From Akkermansiaceae bacterium (GTDB lineage Bacteria; Verrucomicrobiota; Verrucomicrobiia; Verrucomicrobiales; Akkermansiaceae), in the NCBI GenBank assembly GCA_051251915.1, contig JBPOGF010000018.1:1-64000 (forward strand): DNA of 64,000 bases, written 5' to 3'. The notes under the pieces are model-generated. The model had not been told where the DNA came from and did no database searches. It saw nothing but the letters and a program-made list of their open reading frames with translations. Position 1 is the stretch's first letter, and every line of letters starts with the position of its first letter. This document shows, one piece after another, positions 1 through 8,119 of this stretch. The translations under genes were made by a program, and so were the position numbers.

Positions 1-109
1 AATTTGACGTTTTCATAAGATGGTAGAATACCAGATCGCTGGAGCGACCTCGACTACCTTCTCATTCTATCTTGTTCTCCTCGATACTTTGTTAGACAGC
101 CCAAGTCAC

Positions 110-709
110 CTACTCAACCGCAACCCCTCGAAAATTGGATGCAGCATATCTAGGGCCTGACGGATTGCAGCGTCGATACTCGGCTAGTGCTTTGCCTCGC
201 GAACTTGCTCTCTCACTGAGATCTATAAAGTCTGGAAACTCAGCATAAAAGCTTTCCCATTGTTCCAAATTAGACTCCAACTTGGGATCAAACCAGAATG
301 AATCCACACGTCCTTTTTCATCTAGCGTTGCTGAAACCATATCGTTCGAATATGTGATATGCAGGTTGGAAGCCTTACTCGCATTCAAGGCTCCGTTAAT
401 TCCATATTCATACGAGATAGGACTTCCCAACAACGCCTCTACCTCCTCTAGCGACATCCCTATGTTTAGCATCGAAAGCTGAGATAATATTTTGGACTGC
501 TTCCAATCGTTTGACAATTTTAGACGGAGATATTTCTCGGATTTTGTGGCAGCAAAATCTGGGCCAGAATTTACCAGCGTTACTGTAGAGCGATCGCTGA
601 ATTTCCGATGACTGCCGGGCTCGCTTTTCTGAGCGTCTTGACCCGCCAAAAAGGCAAATACAATCAGAACGACCCCCGATAGGATGCATATAGTTTGTTT
701 CTGCTTCAT
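110..709 (-). CDS. Hypothetical membrane-anchored protein with a possible SmpA/BamE-like motif
   Basis: 199-aa ORF with an N-terminal hydrophobic segment and 'IGMSLEEVEALLGSP', which resembles SmpA/OmlA-type repeats. Confidence 0.55.
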   Translation of the reverse strand: MKQKQTICILSGVVLIVFAFLAGQDAQKSEPGSHRKFSDRSTVTLVNSGPDFAATKSEKYLRLKLSNDWKQSKILSQLSMLNIGMSLEEVEALLGSPISYEYGINGALNASKASNLHITYSNDMVSATLDEKGRVDSFWFDPKLESNLEQWESFYAEFPDFIDLSERASSRGKALAEYRRCNPSGPRYAASNFRGVAVE

Positions 710-980
710 GTTTTGGAGAACAGTATTATTAGTTCACGCCTAGCTGATATTCAGCTGGTTGAACTGGGGTTGGAGGTTGAGTGGGTGTGTTTTCATAGTC
801 GTATTATGTTGAGTGAGTTATTGGTATCAAATTCATCCATTTTAGGCGAGTTTTTTAAGTGCGGATGTATTTATATTTAGGTTTTCTTTCGCTACTGATA
901 TTTTATTTTAGCATATCACTTCTTCAATGAATCTTGATGGGTTACTTTTCTATTTTATCAAGGTTCATTGTTAGTGGTTT

Positions 981-3968
981 TTATGAGTTGTTAGAGATCC
1001 AGGCGCAGCCGTATGGGGGGAGTTCTAGGTGGGTGTCTTCTGGGGTGAAAGTTTTTCCGGTGAGGAGGTCTGACCAGTGTTCGGTATCGATGAGGTTGAG
1101 CTCCACTAGGGCTACTTTTTGTGGTTTGTGTGAGATGTTGTGGATGGCGAAGAGGGATTGAGCTCGGTTGAGGTCTTCTCGCCAGAAGCCTACGATGCGT
1201 TTTCCTAGGTGGAGGGTGTATTGTGTGGCGTTGGGGTGGAAGGCTTCTTGTTCTTTTCTGATAGCGATTCTGCGTCTTAGTTCATCGAAGAGGGTTTGGT
1301 GATGTAGTGTATCATCTGAAAGAGCTTTGTTGAGGTCTTCCATGTCCCATTTGTAACGGTTGATGGAGCGTGCGTGTCCGGAGTCAGCCATGCCTTGGGC
1401 GTCATTTTCTGTGCCTAGGAGGCTGTGAATGTAGAAGGCGGGGAGGCCTTCGAGTGCGAGCATGATGGTGTGTGCGGCGATGAAGCGGTCTGTCTGCCAG
1501 TTGTCTTTGCCATTGCTGGTGGTGCCGGCCATGGCGCTGTAGAGTGAGATGTTGGCCTCGTATGGGGTGAGCTCACCGTCTGGGGTGCGGCGCATGGAGA
1601 TCTCACCTCCGAAGTCGCGGATGGTGGTGATGAGGTCATCTTGTTCTTCTTTGGAGAGGAGGCCTTCTGCTGGGCGGAGGCCGATGCCATCGTGCGAGGC
1701 GATGAAGTTGAGGTAGGCTCTGCCACGACGTGCTGGGGGCATGGACATCATCCATTTTTTGAGGTGGCGGCAGTCTCCGCTGAGCATGGTGTGGAGGAGG
1801 AGTGGTGGGAGTGAGAAGTTGTAGATGAGGTGGGCTTCATTGCCGTTTCCGAAGTAGCTGAGGTTCTCTTTGTTGGGGACGTTGGTCTCGGTGATGAGGA
1901 TGGCTGCGGGTTCTAGTTGTTCTAGGATGAGACGGATGAGGCGGATGATCTCGTGAGTTTGTGGTCTGTGGATGCAGTTGGTGCCGTCTTCTTTCCAGAG
2001 GAAGGCAACGGCATCTAGGCGGAAGATGTGGATGCCTTTGTCTAGGTAGAGCTGGATGATGCGGATGACTTCGAGTAGGACTTCTGGGTTGGAGAAGTCT
2101 AGGTCTACTTGGTCTGCGCTGAATGTGCACCAGACTTGTTTGGTGCCGGAGACGGTTTCAACTGAGGTGAGTAGTGGGGAGCTGCGTGGTCTTACTACTT
2201 TTGAGAGGTCCTTGAATCCGGAGCCATCGACGAAGTAGTCTTTGCCTGGTGATTTGTCTCTGAGGTAGTTTTTGAACCATGTGGATTCAGCGGAGCAGTG
2301 GTTGAGGACGAGGTCCGCCATGATGTTAAAGTGCTTGCTGAATAGCTCGATGTCATCCCATGTGCCGTGCTCTTTTTTTACTGCGTTGTAGTCGATGACT
2401 GAGAAGCCATCGTCAGAGCTGTAGGGGTTAAATGGTAGGATGTGGACGTTGTTGACGTGAGGCTTGAGTTGGTCACGGCAGAAGTTGTAGAGTGTGTGTA
2501 ATGGCGCTTCGTTGTCTGTTTTAAGAGAGTCCGCGTAGGTGATGACCATGATGTCTTTTTCGTTCCATTTATCGATATTTGATGATGCTTCGATGGCCTT
2601 TTTCGCTAGGGGTAAGGTTTTGAAGATTTGCTCTGAGATGGCTGGGGTTTTGTCCTCACCGTAGATGTTTTTGAGTCTTTCTTCTACGCCGTTTTGCACT
2701 TGCACTACCTTTGGGTGTTGCATGATGTCGTAGCTGATGTTGCCTGCGAATTCTTCGCGGTCGGCTTCGACTGCTTCTAGGAGCATGTCCATGACGTCTG
2801 GGACTGCGGAGATAACGCGTTTCCAGCTGGGCATGAATGGTGTTTCCATGGAGTGGTCTGGGTTGAGGAAATCGTTTCCTGCCTGCATGATGTTTTCTGC
2901 GAATACTTCGATGGCGTGGCCTTCGGTGTGCATGTCGTATTTGAGGCCGTTGATGGCGGCGTCACTGTGGTAGCTGTCTACGAGGTCTAGGGCGATGCGG
3001 TAGTAAGTGGCTTTGATGGTGCGGATACGCTCTTGGGTGAAGACTTCTCCTTGGGTTGCCATTTTGCGGAAGAGTGACTTGGCGATGTCGCAGCTCATCT
3101 TGGAGAGGCCTTTGGATTTGTCTTCTAGTGAGAGGTCTTGGTGCTTGTGGTCGTAGGTCTCTGCGATGTCTACTTGGCAGATCTGGTTGGTGGCGTAGTT
3201 GCGGTGCATTTCTGAGAGGGTGCCCATTTCTAGGCCCCAGTCTGATGGGATGCGGATGTCTTCGATGACGTCGCGTGAGAGTGAGAACTCGCCTGCGAGT
3301 GGGTAGCGGAAGCTGTCCATGAAGTCTAGGTAGTCATTGGGTCCGCAGATTTTCTTGAGTGCTCTGAGTAGTGGGGTGACGAGGAGGCGGCAGGCGCGTC
3401 CATTCATAGAGTTATTGGCGATGCGGGCGTAGTATCCTTTACAGAATTTGTAGCTGAGAGTGGGGTTAGCGACAGGGTAGATGAGGCGCGCGAGGAGGTC
3501 TCGTTTGTAGGTGAGGATGTCACAGTCATGGATGGCTACGGTGTCTACTTTACCGGAGGCGAGGATGTAGCCGAACATGTACCAGACGTTACGTCCTTTA
3601 CCCATTTCTTTAGGTGCGAGGCCTTTTTCCTGGAGTAGGGCGTCAATTTTTTTCAGTCTTGGGCCGTCATTCCAGAGGATGTCTGGTTGTTGAGGAAGGC
3701 GCTCGAAGAACTGGAGGGCTTTTTTGAATTGAGATTCGTCCGCTCGGTCTAGGCCTACAACGATTTGGTCGAGGTATGGGACGTTGGTGATTTCATCGAC
3801 AATGGAGCTGAGTGCTGGGCCTTCGAGTTCTGAGTAGAGTGAAGGTAGGATGAGTCCCATTGGTTTCTTTTTGCGAAACTCGAGTAGTTCTGCTTCGAGC
3901 TCCTCAAGTGGTCTGTTATTGAGTTGGTGAAGTGTGGTTACGTTGCCGAATTGATGAAAGTCTCCCAT
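981..3968 (-). CDS. Fusion of a glucosyl-3-phosphoglycerate synthase-like glycosyltransferase (about aa 1-410) and a GH13_18 sugar (likely glucosylglycerate) phosphorylase
   Basis: N-terminal GT-A motifs GKGRNVW, HDCDI, YPLAGEF, DWGLE, YDHKHQ. C-terminal GH13_18 motifs SSDDGFSV, DLVLNH, WCTFSADQVDL, RLDAVAFLWK, ITETN, ASHDGIG. No internal stop. Confidence 0.85.
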   Translation of the reverse strand: MGDFHQFGNVTTLHQLNNRPLEELEAELLEFRKKKPMGLILPSLYSELEGPALSSIVDEITNVPYLDQIVVGLDRADESQFKKALQFFERLPQQPDILWNDGPRLKKIDALLQEKGLAPKEMGKGRNVWYMFGYILASGKVDTVAIHDCDILTYKRDLLARLIYPVANPTLSYKFCKGYYARIANNSMNGRACRLLVTPLLRALKKICGPNDYLDFMDSFRYPLAGEFSLSRDVIEDIRIPSDWGLEMGTLSEMHRNYATNQICQVDIAETYDHKHQDLSLEDKSKGLSKMSCDIAKSLFRKMATQGEVFTQERIRTIKATYYRIALDLVDSYHSDAAINGLKYDMHTEGHAIEVFAENIMQAGNDFLNPDHSMETPFMPSWKRVISAVPDVMDMLLEAVEADREEFAGNISYDIMQHPKVVQVQNGVEERLKNIYGEDKTPAISEQIFKTLPLAKKAIEASSNIDKWNEKDIMVITYADSLKTDNEAPLHTLYNFCRDQLKPHVNNVHILPFNPYSSDDGFSVIDYNAVKKEHGTWDDIELFSKHFNIMADLVLNHCSAESTWFKNYLRDKSPGKDYFVDGSGFKDLSKVVRPRSSPLLTSVETVSGTKQVWCTFSADQVDLDFSNPEVLLEVIRIIQLYLDKGIHIFRLDAVAFLWKEDGTNCIHRPQTHEIIRLIRLILEQLEPAAILITETNVPNKENLSYFGNGNEAHLIYNFSLPPLLLHTMLSGDCRHLKKWMMSMPPARRGRAYLNFIASHDGIGLRPAEGLLSKEEQDDLITTIRDFGGEISMRRTPDGELTPYEANISLYSAMAGTTSNGKDNWQTDRFIAAHTIMLALEGLPAFYIHSLLGTENDAQGMADSGHARSINRYKWDMEDLNKALSDDTLHHQTLFDELRRRIAIRKEQEAFHPNATQYTLHLGKRIVGFWREDLNRAQSLFAIHNISHKPQKVALVELNLIDTEHWSDLLTGKTFTPEDTHLELPPYGCAWISNNS

Positions 3969-4006
3969 GGTAATTTAAAGTTAAGGTTAGTGTGTGAGTT
4001 AGTTTG

Positions 4007-4840
4007 TTAGAGTGTGGAAATGATGTTAAGCACTGCATCGTTCCAGCCTTTGGAAGCTGGGAATTTTGCTAGGATGCTGTTTGGCTTGTTGACTTGGATT
4101 TTGGGGCCGTCTTCGTGGGGGATGACGACTGCGATGTCGGCGGCTTCGAGCATGGATTGGTCGTTATCGCTATCGCCGAGTGCTACGGTGATCCATTCGA
4201 TGTCGGGGAATTTTTCTTGGTAGAGTTGTTTGGTCACTTTTAGTCCATCAGCTTTATCGGACGGTCCCATGAGGTGGATGAATCTGCCGCCGCGGAGTGT
4301 GCGGATGGACTTGGCTTGCATGAGGGAGTTAAAATTTCCCCAGTTTTCTGGGGAGTCATCCCAGATGATGGGTTCTGAGACGTGTCTTTGTTTTGCTTGG
4401 GCAGCGGCTTGGAGTGTTAGGCCGGTGATATTAGAGAGGCGTTCTGGGGTCCAGTCATGGAAGCCTTCGAATGAGTAGCCTAGTTCGGCGCGGACTTGAT
4501 GGGCTTCTTTGAGTATGAATTCTCTGGATAGGCCGGTGAGGAGGGTGGCGGAGTTTTTTTGTTGGTCCCAGGCGTATTGTTCTGATGGCTGGCAGAGGGG
4601 GGAGAGTTCTGAGTTGTTGGGGACTGCGATGATTCCTCCGTTTTCGGCGATGCGCGGGGTGGTGAGGTTTAGCTCTTCTGCTAGGGCCTCGCACTCGATG
4701 AGTGTTTTGCTGGAGTTGAATACAAGCGGGAAGCCTAACTCGGAGAGTTTGTTTACGGCTTCTAGTGCTTCGGAGTATTGGTAGTTTTCATCAATGAAGC
4801 TGGCGTCGAGGTCAGTGATAATTAGGAGTTTTTTCGTCAT
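4007..4840 (-). CDS. HAD-IIB glucosyl/mannosyl-3-phosphoglycerate phosphatase (GpgP/MpgP family)
   Basis: Motifs TDLDAS, SSKT, AENGG, GGRFIH and LGDSDND; lies next to the synthase fusion. Confidence 0.85.
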   Translation of the reverse strand: MTKKLLIITDLDASFIDENYQYSEALEAVNKLSELGFPLVFNSSKTLIECEALAEELNLTTPRIAENGGIIAVPNNSELSPLCQPSEQYAWDQQKNSATLLTGLSREFILKEAHQVRAELGYSFEGFHDWTPERLSNITGLTLQAAAQAKQRHVSEPIIWDDSPENWGNFNSLMQAKSIRTLRGGRFIHLMGPSDKADGLKVTKQLYQEKFPDIEWITVALGDSDNDQSMLEAADIAVVIPHEDGPKIQVNKPNSILAKFPASKGWNDAVLNIISTL

Positions 4841-4855
4841 TGGGAAATCTAAGAT

Positions 4856-5797
4856 TTAGGTATCTGCGTATGTGGCTTGGATTATATTATGATCTTGGTT
4901 GAGTTCTAGCAAGCAATCTGTTCGTTGTGGCATTTCTGTAAACATCCAGCGGGTGATGCGCTCGTAGTGCATGATGAATCGCTTGATTTGCTGGTCGTTC
5001 ATGATGTTGTTGTTAGCACTTCCGACGGAACGTTTGCGGAGCTTTTCTTCTTGGGTGCTGCGCCACTCGTAGACGCATTCGAAGTCTGGAGCCTTGAGCA
5101 TGACGAGGCGGTCTAGAAGGGCAAAGAGTTCGGTGTAGGGGCCGGCGAGTTGATTGTTGGCAAAGGTTCTCCATGCGGCATCTTGATCTTCTGAGGCTTC
5201 AAGGTCATTGCATGGTTCTGTTAGAGCTGCTGGGGGCTGGGCTTGGGCTCCTACGCACCATCCTTCGAATAGGATGATATCGACTGGGGAGTCGCAAGTT
5301 ACCCATTTATCTTGGGGCGCGCGGTCGTCGGTAGCTTTATCAAAGATGGTGAGCTGGACGGGTTGGCGGCTTTTGAGCTGCTGAATGAGGTTTATTCCCA
5401 TGGAGACATCATGTGTGCCTGGGGCGCCACGTGTCATGAGTAAGGGATGGACGGTGTCTGCAAGGTGACTGCGTTCTTGACGGGTGAGGTAGATGTCATC
5501 GATCGAAATGATCGCGCTGGTGAGCTGATGATCATTTTCGAGAGCTAGGGCGAGGACTTTGGAAAGGGTGGATTTACCTGTGCCTTGTGCTCCGTTGACG
5601 CCGACTACGAGTGGAGCGGGGGCGGGAGATTGATTATTTTCGGCTGACCATGTTGCGATAGACTGGGCTAATGGCAGGTAATAGTCGGTCGCTAGAGTAA
5701 GGAAGCTAGAGGGGAGGGCCTCTTCTTCAACTAAAGCCTTCAGCCAATCCGGTGGATTGGCGTCGGCTGGTAGAATTGTATTTATTGGGTCGATACT
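4856..5797 (-). CDS. P-loop glycerate kinase (GLYK-like); true start uncertain and non-canonical
   Basis: The frame stays open upstream of the listed ATG (5437) to a TAA at 5800-5798. The extension encodes Walker A GVNGAQGTGKST and SIDDIYLT, followed by RGAPGTHD and LFEGWCVG. Confidence 0.8.
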   Translation of the reverse strand, partial: SIDPINTILPADANPPDWLKALVEEEALPSSFLTLATDYYLPLAQSIATWSAENNQSPAPAPLVVGVNGAQGTGKSTLSKVLALALENDHQLTSAIISIDDIYLTRQERSHLADTVHPLLMTRGAPGTHDVSMGINLIQQLKSRQPVQLTIFDKATDDRAPQDKWVTCDSPVDIILFEGWCVGAQAQPPAALTEPCNDLEASEDQDAAWRTFANNQLAGPYTELFALLDRLVMLKAPDFECVYEWRSTQEEKLRKRSVGSANNNIMNDQQIKRFIMHYERITRWMFTEMPQRTDCLLELNQDHNIIQATYADT

Positions 5798-5806
5798 TTA
5801 ACTTTA

Positions 5807-5822
5807 AGCAATATCTGTGCCA
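5807..5822 (-). promoter_or_regulatory. sigma54 (RpoN) -24/-12 promoter of the glucosylglycerate operon
   Basis: Minus strand reads TGGCAC-AGATA-TTGCT, matching TGGCAC-N5-TTGCW, immediately upstream of the kinase frame. Confidence 0.75.
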
Positions 5823-5866
5823 TGAACAGTTTTAACGTATCAAAGTGGGTGTAATGTATGGTGGTT

Positions 5867-6256
5867 CTATGTGTTACACTTCTTGGAACTGCAACCACAT
5901 ATTGACCAGATGCCGTTTCCAGCAGCAGCAATGTAGAGGAAGAGGAAACAGTAGACTACGGCGAGTTCGCCACCATTTTGGATAGGCAGGAGTCCTTTAG
6001 GCTGGTGAGCCATGAAGTAGCCTACGGCCATGAGTCCACTACTGAGAAATGCAGCGATGGAGGTCTTGAAACCTGCGGTGATCATGAGTCCGGCAACTAG
6101 CTCGATCCCTCCTGCTATGTAGGCAATGTGGGGAGGAGCTCCCGAACCGCCGAACATGCCGAGTAGTTTCTGTGCTCCGTGGCAGGCGAAGAGTAATCCT
6201 ACAACGATGCGCATGATTGCGTATGTCTCACTTTGATATTTCTTAAGTATAGTCAT
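5867..6256 (-). CDS. DoxX family membrane protein
   Basis: Motifs RIVVGLLFACHGAQKL and NGGELAVVY; about four TM segments. Confidence 0.85.
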   Translation of the reverse strand: MTILKKYQSETYAIMRIVVGLLFACHGAQKLLGMFGGSGAPPHIAYIAGGIELVAGLMITAGFKTSIAAFLSSGLMAVGYFMAHQPKGLLPIQNGGELAVVYCFLFLYIAAAGNGIWSICGCSSKKCNT

Positions 6257-6325
6257 TTGGTTGTTTAGTTTGGTTTTCTAGTGTGAGTTATTTTGTCACT
6301 TATGTCAGAGGGGGCTATATGATTT

Positions 6326-7831
6326 TTATTCCCGAGTATTTGTATGGGGGGTAGATTTAAGACTAATTGCTAAATATGCGATTCCGGAGCCAGTGAGGAC
6401 GAAGAAGATATTAAATGAGGTGACTAAGTTTGCATGGGTGGAGCCGCTCTGGAATGGTGACTGATGGTGAGCGATGGCAAAACTGAGTGGTAGGAGAAGG
6501 AATGCTATAGCGGCTAAAGTGGAGAGGATGCTGAGGGACTTGCTGTAAAAGAAAGTGCAGATGAGGCTCAGGGTGATGGTGTAGATGAAAACATCGACAG
6601 GGTGGGCGGGGATGAGCTGGGCGGCGTGGAGTGAAGAGGCTAGAGCTAGAGGAAGTCCTCCAATAAGCCAGTAGGTGAGGAGTTTGAGCAGCTTGTTGCT
6701 TGGGGTGTATCTTTGGTTTCCTTGTTGACGGCGTTTTAAGAAGATGAGGACTCCTGCGGCGATGGAGAGTGAGACGATGAGGCCGGTGAGGATGAATAGG
6801 GATTTGATGATGAAGTTGCCAAAGCTGCCGAAGTGGAGATTGACGATGGATTCGATCATCATGGGTGCCATGTGAGAGGTGGGGGTTTGATTGTGCAGGA
6901 TGTTTAAGTCTCCATCGAGAGTTAGCAGGTAGGTACCGATGAAGTGGGTGCCATCTTGTTTGCCTTGGATGATGATGGTTTTTGATGCGGGGGTGGTGTC
7001 AGAGACTGGGTGATTATGGAACTGGATGCTACGTGGGTTGACGTCTTCTGGCCATTGTTCTGTGGCGGTAGCTATGGTTTGGTCTAGTGGGAACTGGATT
7101 TGGTTTGGGGAGGGGGAGGCGGTGATGACTTGGCCAGGGAATAGGGATTTATTAAGGGCCGCTGAGTCACCATCGAAGAAGAGGTAGATGGCTGGTGCAG
7201 CTAGGAAGAGTCCTAGTGTGAGGGTGGCTCCGGTGATGGAGTAGATGGTCTGGAATGGTAGGGTGATGAGGGAGCTGAAGCGGTGGATATTTTTCCAACG
7301 GTTTTTGCTCTTGAGGGAGAGGTTTTTAGGGCTGGCATCTCGCTTGATGGAGCGCCATTGGTAGATGATTCCGGTGAGGATAATGGCGAAGAAGAGTGAG
7401 GCAATTAGGCCGGTGAGTTCTTGACCAAATAGGATGAAGTCTAGGTAGTGGAGGTCGATGAAGAAGTGGAAGATGTCGGCATCGTGGTCTGTGGCTAGCT
7501 GTGTAGAGAGGGGGGAGCTTGGGTCTGCCCAGATGTGGGTGAACTCGTGATTTTCCTCTAGGTAGAAATCGACTACAGGGTGATCTGGTGTAGGGAAAAC
7601 GACTGTGAGTTCCTCGGTTTGGGGGTATTCTTCTAGGAGCGCTTGAACGGTGGGGTTCAGTGCTGGGGTTGGAGAGGGAGGTGCTTGGTACTGGGGTTGG
7701 GTCCAGTTGATGGCTTGTGGCTCAAAAAATGCGAGGGTGCCTGCGACAAAGATGACGAAGAGTGGCAGCCCGAAGATAATCCCGAGCAGTGAGTGAAGTT
7801 GCCAAAAGCGGTTGCGTTTTTTAGCGTTCAT
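6326..7831 (-). CDS. PepSY-associated TM helix protein (iron-regulated membrane protein)
   Basis: Motifs WQLHSLLG, FFIDLHY, IHRFSS, NLHFGSFG; multiple TM segments; downstream of a TonB-dependent receptor. Confidence 0.85.
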   Translation of the reverse strand: MNAKKRNRFWQLHSLLGIIFGLPLFVIFVAGTLAFFEPQAINWTQPQYQAPPSPTPALNPTVQALLEEYPQTEELTVVFPTPDHPVVDFYLEENHEFTHIWADPSSPLSTQLATDHDADIFHFFIDLHYLDFILFGQELTGLIASLFFAIILTGIIYQWRSIKRDASPKNLSLKSKNRWKNIHRFSSLITLPFQTIYSITGATLTLGLFLAAPAIYLFFDGDSAALNKSLFPGQVITASPSPNQIQFPLDQTIATATEQWPEDVNPRSIQFHNHPVSDTTPASKTIIIQGKQDGTHFIGTYLLTLDGDLNILHNQTPTSHMAPMMIESIVNLHFGSFGNFIIKSLFILTGLIVSLSIAAGVLIFLKRRQQGNQRYTPSNKLLKLLTYWLIGGLPLALASSLHAAQLIPAHPVDVFIYTITLSLICTFFYSKSLSILSTLAAIAFLLLPLSFAIAHHQSPFQSGSTHANLVTSFNIFFVLTGSGIAYLAISLKSTPHTNTRE

Positions 7832-8116
7832 TTAGCTGAAGAGGATGATGGTAGAGATGACTGAGGCTGAGAATAGAATAATGAGGGCACGTCCGCGCTT
7901 GTCTGCAGTGTATACTAGAGTGAGCATGGTGGCCCAGAGGGGGAGCACTAAAATGCCGGCGAAAACGATGCTTGCTTTTTGATTCTCCATGAAAGGAGAC
8001 ACGGCGAGCATGCCGATCGCCTCAGCGGCGATCAGCGTGACGAGAACAGCCAGAGTGTGGAAGAGCACACTCTGGACTGGATTTTTCTTTTTGGTTCTAT
8101 TTTTGGCTTTTGCCAT
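7832..8116 (-). CDS. Small three-TM membrane protein of the iron-uptake cluster
   Basis: 94-aa hydrophobic ORF packed tightly between the receptor and PepSY genes. Confidence 0.65.
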   Translation of the reverse strand: MAKAKNRTKKKNPVQSVLFHTLAVLVTLIAAEAIGMLAVSPFMENQKASIVFAGILVLPLWATMLTLVYTADKRGRALIILFSASVISTIILFS

Positions 8117-8119
8117 TAA

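Noticed and set aside
1..16. Possible start of a minus-strand gene (ATG AAA ACG TCA AAT) running off the window
   Set aside because: Only five codons are visible.
5782..5823. 13-codon ORF MAQILLKVKVSTQ as a frameshifted start of the glycerate kinase
   Set aside because: Its ATG lies within the sigma54 -24 element, upstream of the predicted TSS, so the promoter reading explains the sequence better. A single-base indel cannot be fully excluded.
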